A DNA stretch of 61,890 nucleotides, counting the filler, from Choristocarpus tenellus KU-1152 (lineage: Eukaryota > Protista > Phaeophyceae), in NCBI GenBank assembly GCA_964200185.2. It is 14 parts of 14 records of this genome, joined end to end, with 100 filler letters (N's around TTAATTAATTAA, not from the genome) between each part and the next. Parts side by side here need not be neighbours in the genome. Positions count along the whole stretch, not along the records: positions 1 to 4,549 come from CAXNAD020014044.1; positions 4,650 to 10,058 come from CAXNAD020010876.1; positions 10,159 to 13,295 come from CAXNAD020022057.1; 11 more parts are not named here. One strand, given 5' to 3'. Position 1 is the stretch's first letter; every line of letters begins with the position of its first letter. Below, one piece after another: positions 1 to 11,289 of the stretch. The notes below the pieces were generated by a model that ran no database searches, had not been told where the DNA came from, and saw only the letters and a list, made by a program, of their open reading frames with translations. The position numbers were made by a program, and so were the translations under genes.

Positions 1-57
1 AAAAGCCAACAAAAAAAAAAAATGTTTGACTGAAACCAACCCCCCCTAACAAACCAA

Positions 58-85
58 CCCCCCCCCCCCCCAGATACTTTCACCC
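58..85. mobile_element. MITE family B terminal inverted repeat (partial, contig start)
   Basis: poly-C followed by CAGATACTTTCACCC, matching the family B right end CCCCAGATACTTTGACCC. Confidence 0.7.
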
Positions 86-234
86 AGAATCTTTTTTTAC
101 TCATGAATATAAAGCATATCCTTAACACACTCCCCTGCTTTGAACTTCAAGTGAAAAATAACACCACAAACGTTCTTGGACATGACTTAACACATAAATC
201 AATCCCACTTCATTCTATGCATGGTAACACTGGA

Positions 235-422
235 AGGCCTATTAAAAGATTTCTTAGACAAATCCTTAGCAAAAAGATCAGCATGTTGGAACTCCGTTTG
301 ACAAACATCCAATTGCTATCTTTCCTTCCCTCTCCAACTGAGGTACATAGTGATACCTACTGTCAATGTGCCTGGTTCTACCACCAGATACTGCCTTCTT
401 AGCAATCTTGATTGCACCAATT
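235..422 (-). pseudogene. Ty1/copia RNase H C-terminal remnant
   Basis: GAIKIAKKAVSGGRTRHIDSRYHYV..LEREGKIAI, then after a frameshift TEFQHADLFAK. This matches the copia RTKHID.RYH...ADxxTK motif. Bordered by MITE A at 423. Confidence 0.85.
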
Positions 423-680
423 GAGTGAAAGTATCTTAGAGGGTACGAGATTTGCTCTGTCTGTCCATTTGGGGCTTGGTTTCTCTCGGGTTTTTTATGA
501 CATTTTCCTACTCCAAAATATCTCGGAGTAAGTAAAGATGTACACGTTATGAAAAGTGTCTCCGGAACAAGGATATTGACACTTCCGAACAAACACGATA
601 GCCAAATTTACATCGAAATCGCACCATTTAATTTTGATCCCCAAATGGACGCGACTCTACCCTCTAAGATACTTTGGCTC
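423..680 (+). mobile_element. MITE family A (258 bp)
   Basis: TIRs GAGTGAAAGTATCTTAGAGGGTA / TACCCTCTAAGATACTTTGGCTC and subterminal GTCCATTTGGGG / CCCCAAATGGAC. No TSD is visible in this copy. Confidence 0.93.
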
Positions 681-2103
681 TGCAATCACAACAAGTAACG
701 AGACGGTGCAATTGTGTAGGTGACTATCCGCCGAGTTTACAGGAGAAGGGAAGGTGAAGAACTTTTAGATGGTGAGTCCCTTGCATACCTGCACTCCCGA
801 CCACGGCCAACACCATCATCACCGGAGGGAAGCAACAGAGAGGGAGGATGGGCCATGGTAAGAGAGGAAAGGTGAACGAGGGGTAATTGGAATGGTGCCA
901 TGAAATGATGTAGTGTAATTTGATGTGGAATAGATTCCCACATATTATCATACATGCAGAACAAAACACCCACGCACGCGCACATACTTCCTTTCCTCGA
1001 TACAACTCAGACAGTAGGAGGGCTAGTACATCCATATGGTCCTTCCCAACTCCAACTCTTGTAGTTGTAACTCAAGTCCAATATATACATATATACATAT
1101 CCCTAGCCGTTAAACTGACACTGACGAAAACAGTTCTTGGTGTCTATCCCAACCTCACATACTTGGTATAGTATGATAAAATTGGTCATCCGTATTGCAC
1201 CATTTTAGAGCAACTTTAATGATACATAACAATTGTACTATGTAATACTAACGATAAAATCCATTGCGCAAAAGGCAAAGCTCGATACAACATTTTTCCT
1301 CTAAGACAAATTAGTGTGAGAGGTGGTGACAATCGGATTCTCTGTGTGTGGACAATGTGTTGGGAAGGACCCTTCGAGTCAGCACTCCACCAAGCACAGC
1401 TTCATCAAGGTGTCAGACTAAATGAAAGTGACAAAATCAACCCTGTCTGTATGTATACGCCAAATCCCTGTCATCCAACGGTCTGGTCAACCTAGGCAGA
1501 GCGGAATTATTGCTATAGCTGCCTCTCGAAAATGTGTAATAATTGCTCTTTATCAACTGTGATTTACTACGATGTTGATGAATTTGCTTGGTTTTGAACT
1601 GCCGGCATTGAATACCGACTGTGACAACATGTGTTGCATCATGGTAAAACAAAGTGTATTCTGAAGGACGTTCAAAATTTTTGTATGATGTTTTGATAAT
1701 ACCATACTATGCCAAATTGATCAACTTCTGAGCTCTATGGTGTCTTACATACAAACTGGTAGTTGTGATACAGCAAAGTCCTGCTAACTGTGGTAGTTGA
1801 GTAATAAATGATTAGGGTACATGAAATGACCCAGTGATGTCCTACCGAGCTTGGGTACTGATGCAGATTATCAGACTGAAAGAACTGACTCAGCGAAATC
1901 CTGCTGACTGTGGTGCTGATAGAGTTGATCAGGCTTGATGAATAGGGAAGAAAAATATATAGACAAAGATTATAGGCAACAATAGCGGGTGCACGTTACG
2001 TGTCCGGGGATGTGGGTGGCACAGCCCCACCCCAGCTGCATGGCCTTGGACCGAGAAATAACTGTAGCCTTAGGTGTGTACGTAGGTGAACATGGGCCGC
2101 TAG

Positions 2104-2310
2104 GGGTCAAAGTATCTGGGGGGGGGTATTGGTTAGTGAGAGGGCGTCCGTTTCGGTCCCGATGAGTTGCTCAAATTTATGGCAATTGCTGTCTTCAGTT
2201 GTGGACCATCCACGACTGAAGACAGCAATTGCCATAATTTTTGAGCGCCTTGTCGGGTCCGAAACGGACGCCCCCTCATTAACCACCACCCCCCCCAGAT
2301 TCTTTGACCC
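2104..2310. mobile_element. MITE family B, fully palindromic (foldback) copy
   Basis: GGGTCAAAGTATCTGGGG...CCCCAGATTCTTTGACCC. Arms of about 100 bp pair around a CCA loop at 2206-2208. Confidence 0.9.
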
Positions 2311-2989
2311 AGTCACCGTCCTTTTTATAAGAATTTTGGAATAAAATGTCCTTAGGACCTGGACTTGGCGCTGGAGTGGGTGTAGACTGTGTGATTATGA
2401 CTCAAGGAAGTTGTCCTTGGGTTCAAAGTTTGGAGCTGGGATGGTTGCCGTCGTTTGGATTGTGTGTGGAAGAGGGGTCATCTGTTGTGGAAATCTCGAC
2501 TTGCCCTGTAGATGGTGGTACGGAGTACAAGATGCTTCTGCGTCAACGTTATTTTATCAAGGTTTCTGTCAATTGCTCTGTGGTCCGATCAACGCAAAGA
2601 GGGGACGAAAAAGGATTGGGGATGGCAGTAAAAGTATTAGAGGATAGTGGCAGAACGCACTAATTGAGATGAAATCTAGGTTGCCATCGGGCCAATCAAA
2701 GCATGCATATGAGGAGACATTGACACAAGCTCTTCAGGAACATATTAAAATAATATACTAAATGTGTAAGTCCATTGATTTAGAGAACGTCCGATCTCTC
2801 CAGCACAACATGTTTGCCGAGGCATGTGTCTGATTGGCGAAGTAGAGGGTGACTCTCGAATAGGAATTGTCCTAGGCTCCTCAAAGTCATGTCTCTCATC
2901 AGTACGGGGGCAGCAGAGTGGGACTTGTCCAGAACTAGGCACGTGTGTAGGAGCGTCTTGGTCTACACTGTAGCGTTCGGCAAGAAGCT

Positions 2990-3757
2990 GGATATTTCGC
3001 AAGTCGCCATTCTCCCATTTGACCTCATAGGGGTAGCTGACTCACTCATCTCCAACTTTCACCGTGTAGTGGGGCTGGTCACGGTCCCTCGCATGCACTG
3101 ACCGTCCCATCTGAAGTATAGTCCCCTGCCCTTGGCACCGGCATTGAGTGCTTCTCCCTCATCTAAATCCGGCACAGCCCTCAGTGTCGGATCAAGGAGT
3201 ATATATTTCTCCGTATCCTTCTCCATGTCAATACGCTTCCACTGGCGGCCAACCATCTACTGGCGGCGTTGTCTGACACGCTGGGCTGTAGCCTCGACAC
3301 TGTCCCTCTTGTTCTTCTTCCGAAGTTGGTTGACACCATCCTCTATCTCGTCCTCTGTCATGTACGCCCTCAGATGAGGAGGCAAAGATTTTTTGCCATC
3401 TTCCGGGAGGTAGGACACTGAGTAAATGTACGCCCCTGAACCGTCCACATGTACATCGCTGACCTTCACCTGTACGATAGAACCCCACTCGCGCATAGGA
3501 TGAAGCTGGTTCCTCGACCGAAGCTGACGTTGGATGTGTCCCCAAGTCTGAGTTGCCTAGAGAAGCGATCCCACCGAGGGATTGCCGGTTTGATTCTGAG
3601 GTGAACCTCCAATATGGACCAGGCAGGATCGTGAATGTGTTGTCCAGGTGGTTTTGGTGGATGCTTGTGAAGTCCAAGACAATGATAACCTGAAGGGGCA
3701 CGGCGCGGGGACCCGGTTGTGCGTCCTGCATCACCACAAAGGTGTTCGTTGCAAGGG
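2990..3757 (-). pseudogene. Unknown multicopy protein with Tudor/SH3-like motifs, copy 1 (frameshifted)
   Basis: Overlapping ORFs 3228-3785, 3257-3496 and 3059-3256 align with the copies at 16550-17215 and 17596-18600 (VPLQ.I..DF..NTF/YTILP; MTEDEIEDGV; GRGLYFRWDG..MRGTV). An intron-like 3' end (CTAAT...ACACAG) precedes it. Confidence 0.6.
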
Positions 3758-4015
3758 CTGTGTTGATGTGTTGGACTATTAGCATGTGTTTGCCGCAAGC
3801 GCGTGATGCCCTTGTTTGGTCGAAAGGGGAGTTGTTTGTTTTGGTTGTGAGGAATGGAACGTTTTATGTAGGATAGAGGATACACTTAGACAGCGAAATG
3901 AAGGAATGGGATGCGCTTATTTGCCCTATGTAACTTGTAGAATATTATGTGAAAGTTGACGTTAAAAAATGACACTGGCTTGGATGTCAGGGTCGGACGT
4001 TATGGGAGGATTTTA

Positions 4016-4510
4016 CTATTCCGATGGCTGCGTCCGCACAATGCATATGCTCCCCTCAGCGAGCTGTCTCTTCTTCCTCGACAGCTGGCTTCTCAGATAC
4101 ATATCGCCCGTTCCTGTTTCCGTAGAAAACCCGAGGTCTATCTCCTTGAGTGGGGGCACGTGGGTGAGTTGCCACCTGCATTGGGCCAGGTTACCGATGG
4201 AACAGTTCGTGCAGTAGCACGACAGTTCGGAGTAAATAAATGTACGAGAGTCTCCGGTGGTGAGCTGACCAGTGAAGAACCTGTGCATGGAGTTTATGTC
4301 ACCGAGGTTTGGGACACGTGGGTCGTGTCGTCCTGTGCGGTCGATCTTGTACGCCGGAAGGTGGACTCTCCTGTATTCGGAATGTGTCGATGTATAGAAG
4401 TTTCGTAGACGTGTTACTGTGAGGTCTGCCGTCCCTATCCGTCCAATCCTAAGTGGTGTGGTGATTGTGCATATACGGGGAAGGGTGGTTGTTAAGCTGT
4501 CCTTGACGAT
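4016..4510 (-). pseudogene. Possible DNA transposase C-terminal exon (Sola2-like)
   Basis: VPNLGDINSMHRFF...IYSELSCYCTNCSIGNLAQC resembles the H..F...LSCxCxxC tail I recall from Sola2-type transposases. Preceded by a CTAAT...CAACAG acceptor-like end. The catalytic core is not in the contig. Confidence 0.35.
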
Positions 4511-4549
4511 CTGTTGTCCCACACAACCAGTTATATTATTGTTTATTAG

Positions 4550-4649
4550 NNNNNNNNNNNNNNNNNNNNNNNNNNNNNNNNNNNNNNNNNNNNTTAATTA
4601 ATTAANNNNNNNNNNNNNNNNNNNNNNNNNNNNNNNNNNNNNNNNNNNN
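4550..4649. other. Artificial contig linker (first of 13)
   Basis: N44-TTAATTAATTAA-N44, giving stops in all six frames. Identical linkers at 10059, 13296, 16029, 22645, 27978, 32627, 37974, 41106, 44486, 53056, 55998 and 58874 (100 nt each). Adjacency across them has no biological meaning. Confidence 0.99.
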
Positions 4650-6789
4650 GGTGGTGGGGGGGGGCGTGGGTTGGTGATGTTGCGGCTGGGTGGCAGGGGT
4701 TGGGGGGGTGGGGGGGGTTTCGGGTGGGACAACAATGCCTGCAGGGGTTTGAGGATGCGGGGATAGTGGAGAGGGTCTGATGTTGTTGGGGGGGTTGTGG
4801 TTGGAGGATGGTTTGAATAATAGTGCACCTGTGCTTCTCTTTTGGATGCCTGTGATGTTTGCCCAGGTTGTGAGTCATCCGACTCCTTTGTCTGTTCTGG
4901 TTGATGAGCGTTGGCAGGTCCTTGTTACAACATGCAACCCTTGTGTGGTTTGCGTTTGCGTTTGTTGAGGATGGAGGCGTTTCTGGTTGTGGTGGTTGTC
5001 TCCCTTTTTGACCTCTAGGGTTGTTTGGGTTGTGCAGCATGCATGCCTCGCTGGTATTCATTGTTGACACTGATGATGCATGCGCCACTGGTAGTGATTG
5101 CCCTTGGTGATGTAGGTGCTCTATGTCCAAGAAAAGGTGACCTCTGGTTGGGGATGAAGGAAGGGCAGGGGAGGGAGTGGGTAAGGATGAGGCAAGCAAG
5201 AGCATGTCTAGGGTTAGGTGCGGTTTAGGGGCATTTATTGATAAGAGTGATAATGGTGAGGTGTGTGGAGCTGGTGCTGTGGGGCTGAATTGGGCCTTTG
5301 AACCAGAGATGGAGATATACCTGCTTTCTTTTATGTAGGCTTGTGGTATCACCTGCAGATTGGGCACTGAATGTAGAGTTAAGGGGAATACTCAGCACTG
5401 GCAGTTTATGGAGATACCTGCCAGAAAGGGGGGGGGGGGGAGTAGATTGTCGGCAAGTAGGTAAAAGGGGAGCCTAGAGAACGAAGAATTGAGTTCTTGG
5501 GACAGGAGGGGAAGGTGTTTCCTGTTTGATATCTTTGTTGTGGATGAGGCAGAGGGCAATGTCTCAGCTGCTTGTTTGCTGCTGCTTGTGAAGACATGGA
5601 GATGTGGACTACACCTCTCCCTACATCTAGAGATGAGAAGTATGGAATGCCTTGTAGTAGTCATGATGTAATCTCCAACCTCCTCCTTGGGATTGTGGTC
5701 GAGAAATGGAACAGGGCACCCTAGGGTTACCTAGACTTCGGTGTGCCTGCTACAGGAGGCCTTACAAGGGTCCTGTACTGGCATTGTAGATCTCTAGGCA
5801 TGTACTGTACTGGAGGTTTATCCTTTTTTGTGTTTATGTGTGATGTATGTTCAGTGCATTGTGTCTTTTGTGTGTGTGCATACTTTATCTTAGGCCATGT
5901 GCACCATATTTCCCCTTGTTGGTAGTGATTGCATGTCTTTATGTTAGTTGGTCATGGGAGGGAGGTGGATAGAAGACTGGGTTGGGCAAAGGGACTGTGA
6001 GGCCCAGGGAGCATGGTATACAAGTGTCACCATGGAGCGAGAGGCCACTGGGGTTACTTGGAGTAAGGAACAGCATGAGTAGGTTTGCTTGATAGTAGGA
6101 AGGTCTTCTCACCCACAGGATTATGTATCCACTGCCTGCCCCAGCATTGCCTGAACTTCTTAGGTGCTACAATATAGTAGGTTTGAGGTGTAACCTTATC
6201 TTTTTCTGGGAGTGTGATTTGTTCTCTTACTCCTTACATGAGGGCACAGTGCGAAGTCTTGGAGCCCTTTGTATCTTCCTTGCTATGCATCCAGGCAGGG
6301 GTTGCAGTTTTCTTTTTGTCTATCTTCTCAATGTAGATCTAAATTTGATTTTTTTTTTTTTCCAGGAAAATCTTGCGTCAAATAGTATGTCAGGCGTGCA
6401 GCATGGTGGTTACCGATTATGGTTGCTGACAGGTGTCGCAGCAACAAAAACAGGTTATGTTGAGGGGATTGCAACATAGAAACGATGTGATGCTTGTTGG
6501 CACCACTACCGATGATCTACTGTGCTGCCCTTTGGGCCGGGATATGTTTTTTATTTGAGAGATGGTGTTATTCCCTCTCTACTAATCCATCCCCTGTCCC
6601 TCCTCGATGGCAATATTGATGCGAGAAAGCCGTTTGCTTGCAGAAAGTGAGTTAGCTGAGGAATGTAGTGGGGGGTGGGGTGTATTGAGGGAAAGTGTGT
6701 CTCCTTTCTCATGGGCACAATCTATTTAGTGGTGTTTTCACATATATTCTTACTTCTGAAGGTGGTTGTAGTTGAGTGAGAGCTGGTGT

Positions 6790-7120
6790 GAGAATCACAG
6801 TGTTATTATCGTGGAGTGGCAGAGCAAATGGAGACTTATGTGTGTGTAAGAGCTTGTTTCTATTGTTGTGGAGGAGGAGTGCATAATGGACTGTGGTGTG
6901 CCTTGCCAGATGGCTGTTAGTGTGCATTGCTAGAGAAGTAGTAGTTAGTTGGTGCTGAGTGAGCTTGAACGCTCAATGAGGTTGTGGATGACTGGAGGGT
7001 GGAGAAGGTGAAGAGAGGTTGTGAAGCACTGAAGACTGAAAAAGGCGAAAAAGAGAGTAGGATATGGGTGCAGTGGCTGCTTTGCTTTCTGCTGATGGTT
7101 ATGGATATTGGGACTTTCCA
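6790..7120 (-). pseudogene. Possible highly decayed non-LTR reverse transcriptase fragment
   Basis: SSVLHNL...PVIHNLIE...AIWQGTPQS resembles the AFDSV.H...GxxQGxPxS blocks. Several stops and frameshifts. Confidence 0.3.
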
Positions 7121-8229
7121 TGTTCCGTTTGTTGTGTGAGATGTATTCTGTAATACCGCAATTTTTGTGGGGTGGTGAGGTGGCAGGGTAGCAGGGTAGC
7201 AGTAGTAGCTCTCGTGGAAGGCAAAATGATGACCAAGCAAGTGTACAGACAAAGAGAGCTGACTGATGGTGGTTTGGAAGGGATGAGTGTGGTGAGAAGA
7301 TTGAGTGTGCAGGACAGTGTTTGTCAAAGGCATTTGTGGTTGTTTCCTGCCTGGTTCTGTGCTGGTCGTGTCATCTACTCTCCTTTGAGGTATTATTTGC
7401 ATGTTTATTAGCTACAATAACAGCTGAGAGAGAAAGGGAGAGAGGAATGGAAGGACAGCTCTGATTGATGCAACCCGCCTCCTTACTTTTTGTTGTCTAG
7501 CCGATTATTATTATTGTTGTTGTTGCCCAGACAAGGACGATTAAATGCATGCACCAATAATTGTGATCCCCCACTCATCAATGAACCATATGAGTTGCAA
7601 TAATGATAAAAATGGCAACAACAAAAAAACAACTAGCAGCATGGCAAAATGCAAGAAAGGTTGTCCTCTTGAAGAGTATGAGTAGTTGCGGAAGGTTGCA
7701 TATTGCACACCACCTTCTTGGCTGTTGGTACCATGTGTTAAAGCTTATGTTATGAAGACTTGTGTATATATATATATATGACTTGATTCATTTCTTACTG
7801 GGTTGGACAGGTTGTAGATGAAGAAATGAGAAGCGATGAGTGAGCCTTTCTTTATGCTCAAAGGGTGGTTCGCTTCCACCGAATCTATCCTATTCTTTTC
7901 ATCACTACTCACAGATTACTTCCTACATTATTTCCTGTTCCTGAACTCTTCCATGTTCTAGTTCTCAACCCATAGTATTTCTTACATGATACGCTTTTTA
8001 CACAAGAATAGAAGCACATTCTTGACACCATCAAGCGAGCCAGTTTGATCTTCTTGTCACTGTGCTGTGATCAGTGAACTCTTTTCCAAGGCAGAAGACT
8101 CAGTCAAATCAAAACAAGAGTATCCAAAATCTTTTATGATTCACTTTTTGACACACCTGGTGTAGAATTCGGAACAAAAATTGTCACATTGTGTCACGAA
8201 GCACCCACCAAATCTCATTCTGCCTGTTG

Positions 8230-8520
8230 TCTCAAAATAGAAGATTGATACGAATCTCTAAATATATTATTGATATTTTCAGAGACAGGTCCCTTTCTTG
8301 GGATCTCCCACACACACGTTTGGTGGATATGCCGCGCAGCCAACCATGTCGTTGAACTTGCCCATATCGACCGGTCCAAAAAACCAGAGACGCCCGTAAG
8401 GTTAAGATTTGACCTAACAGTCAGAAGGACTGTCAGGACGAAGATCCATTCCGATTCTAACTGATCCATTTTCCTGCTGTGACATTGCCCTGTCATTCTG
8501 CGACATGAGTTGTGCACTAA
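8230..8520 (-). pseudogene. Decayed Ty3/gypsy RT fragment
   Basis: QENGSVRIGMDLRP (compare KDGSxRxCxDxR), followed in another frame by FFGPVDMG. Confidence 0.35.
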
Positions 8521-9022
8521 GTTTCGGTTCTGTTCTGAATTTTCTCAACTGACATTGGGAGGCTGGGCCAAGACCTGGTGACTGTGATTGCCCCCTTTTG
8601 CAGCGAACTTTTGAGTCTTGACACTTCCACAATTTGTATAATACAGTTTCTGGCAGTGTGATTCACTTAGCAGGTAAGGGTGGTGAAGAGAATCACTGGG
8701 CAAAAAGGGCCAGACAAACCAAAATGAACTCTAATTAAGAGGACGAGGTTAAGGTTGGACAAGTGCAAGACTGCAAGAAATTGTGGAGAACTGAGGAAGT
8801 GGGGAAGATCACGGTTCGGTTGGGTTTCAGAAAAGAAACGCATTAGAGATGGGAGATCCGCCTTTGGAAAAACATGCTCATGAAGAGAATTTACGGGAAG
8901 TCATTGAAACCTATCCTTTTGAAGATCTTCCATGCAGTTGAACTGAAGTTCTCAGAAAAGAACCTCAATCGATATGACGGTATTTGGCATACGGTAATAA
9001 TGACATGATAACAGACAACTCT

Positions 9023-9330
9023 GTGCCGTTACGTTGTAGCTCTTCGAGATGACCTTTGAATACAAAAAAAATTGTGTTGGAGTCCTCGAAATATTTTATA
9101 TCAACTCAAAATTAATCGAAAAATTCTGGAAGAATTTCCGTTCTGTTATGGCTCCGAAAGAATGCCCCATACGTCTATGCCGTTAAGTTGTAGCTCTTTG
9201 AGATACCCCCTGATTTCAAAACGGATTTTTGTGTAGCTAGATTTCCTTGGAATGTTCTACATGGAAAAAAAAAACCCCAACGAATTCTGGAAAGAATTCG
9301 GATCTGAAATGGTTCCGAAATAATGGAACA
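9023..9330 (+). repeat. Diverged tandem duplication, about 155-bp unit x2
   Basis: Units start TGCCGTTA(C/A)GTTGTAGCTCTT(C/T)GAGAT near 9024 and 9179, and both end AATTCTGGAA...ATGG(C/T)TCCGAAA. Confidence 0.7.
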
Positions 9331-9469
9331 CAGAATGGGGAATATTCAACTCATTTCTTAATGTTCCAGGTGTAGCGTGGAGTCACACACCTCCCTTACA
9401 CCTTAATATTCAACTCTGCCAGCACGCACTCGAGCGCATACCTCTCCAACAGACCTCCGCATTGACAGC

Positions 9470-9765
9470 AAGGAACATGATCTGAACAGCACCGATTTGA
9501 CTTTTTTTTTCATTCTTGAATAGCATGGTTTGGGTGGAACGGCACCATTGATTACCTTGTAGAAGGGGAGGTTAAGAGCAGGTTCCACATGTACGACGTG
9601 GACACGCTCGAGAGGGTTTGCCAGTCTGTTGAAGAGGCACAATCAGGTTTTAAGAGCGTTGTAGGGGAAAGATTTCGAGGTACAGCACACAGGGACCAAA
9701 AAAGGGCAGTGGAAGGGCCGAGGTTGGCTAGAGCGGTTGAAGTAGATCAAGTCGCCTATAACGAC
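9470..9765 (+). pseudogene. Tc1/mariner (DD39D-like) transposase C-terminal remnant
   Basis: DLNSTDLTFF..HS...YDVDTLERVCQS/LLKRHNQVLRAL*GKDFEVQHTG matches the SPDLNxLDLxFF...GGNxFxxxH tail. Frameshifted. Confidence 0.75.
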
Positions 9766-10424
9766 ATTATATATTTATTCAGGATATTATACTCATTTAA
9801 TATAGAATATTCTAAAAATCCAACAATTAAAATCCTTTTTGTAATCGGAGGTAATCTCGAAGAGCTACAGCTTAACGGCACAGACCTATGGGACAGAGGG
9901 AGCAGGTACTATTTAGTGCCAGCCATATTGATTGACTTGAATGTGCGTCCACCATCAGACTTGAATGTGGTAATGTCAGCATTATGTCAAGAACAGCTGA
10001 TTCCAAAAATTGAGGATGGAGCTTTTCATTGAGGATGGGCTTGACCCAAAATTGACTGNNNNNNNNNNNNNNNNNNNNNNNNNNNNNNNNNNNNNNNNNN
10101 NNTTAATTAATTAANNNNNNNNNNNNNNNNNNNNNNNNNNNNNNNNNNNNNNNNNNNNCATCTTGCCCGGTGATTCTCTTGCCACCCTTGCCTGAGTGAA
10201 CCACGCCGCCACAGAATCACACGATTCACAATAGTCATATTTAATATAACCTCATCATAAGTCAAGTCAGAAGTGTCCTTGGATACTTTCAAGCTCACCC
10301 CACACTCTCTAACACGCCAATTTGGGAGATTCCACCACCAGACCTTTGTTCGCTCGTGGCTTCAATTCAATATACCCCACAACCTGGAGATTTATCTGTA
10401 TCTATCCAACCAGAAGTCACACCA

Positions 10425-10445
10425 GGTTAGGGTTAGGGTTAGGGT
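10425..10445 (+). repeat. Short interstitial telomere-like (TTAGGG)3
   Basis: GGTTAGGGTTAGGGTTAGGGT. Similar tracts near 20003, 26960, 28245, 41964, 57922, 58278 and 58565. Confidence 0.75.
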
Positions 10446-11289
10446 ACATCATGTCATATTTTTGCTCAGTGCTAGATTGAGGCAAAGAAGAATTATGGCT
10501 TAAAGACTGATGATGTCTGTATTCTGACAAGTCGCAGAATTTTAATCATTCTCATCATCTCTTCCCCTCCAAAACATGATTGTCAGACTGAAAAACCATC
10601 ACAGACCAATATTTCATCTCATATTTCAATTTCCATTATCCCAGTTGAGTTCCCCAAACCTCTGTGTACAGTAAAAAATATATACCTTCCCAATGCCAAG
10701 GATAATGTTGTTCCACAGTTTGCTCCCAGGCCCTTCAAGAAACCTTGCCTTGTTGTATGCGATGCAAGATACGTACAGTCTTTTAACTGGATGGGCTCTA
10801 GCACTGTGGAGCTTTGAATTTAAGGTCATTCATTAATCTTGTAGATTGTATCATATCCCAGGTATGTTGTTACATCCTCAACTTTCACCCCTCTATGTCC
10901 AAATGAGGGATCAGAAACCACAAACTCAACTTTTCAAGCAAGGTATACCCCGCAAGTGAGTATTGTGGGCCGTCAAGTTTAAATCGCTAGAGAGCGCCAA
11001 ATGACTATGAGCTCTTTGCTTGCTCTATTACTCATTTCTGGTAGATAATCCAAAAGTAACAGTCAAAGCTCAACATGATCAGTTTGAAGCATGTTTCAAA
11101 TGTTTCATACACCCTGAGAATTCGACACTGCATAACCAGGAAACGACCTATACCATGCCATATTTTCTCCCACAATAAAGAAAACGTAAGCTCATATCAT
11201 ACCAATCCTATCAACCTGGACATCCCCGAAAGAGCAGTGAATATCGTGATCATTTTTTGACCCAACTGAGGTCCAGGTCTTCAATTTGT

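Noticed and set aside
423-680. Recurring small protein family (MLGSVNI..., ESILEGT...) in ORFs at 278, 18175, 18795, 22377, 23804, 38826 and 45562
   Set aside because: These are chance translations of MITE A. Frames and stops differ between copies.
4550-4649. TTAATTAATTAA as a biological motif or piggyBac site
   Set aside because: It is always centred in exactly 44+44 Ns, so it is a synthetic linker. ORFs ending in X-runs or LIN are artefacts.
4594-5367. 257-aa P/H/T-rich ORF
   Set aside because: It is the reverse strand of GT-rich low-complexity DNA running into the linker, with no domain.
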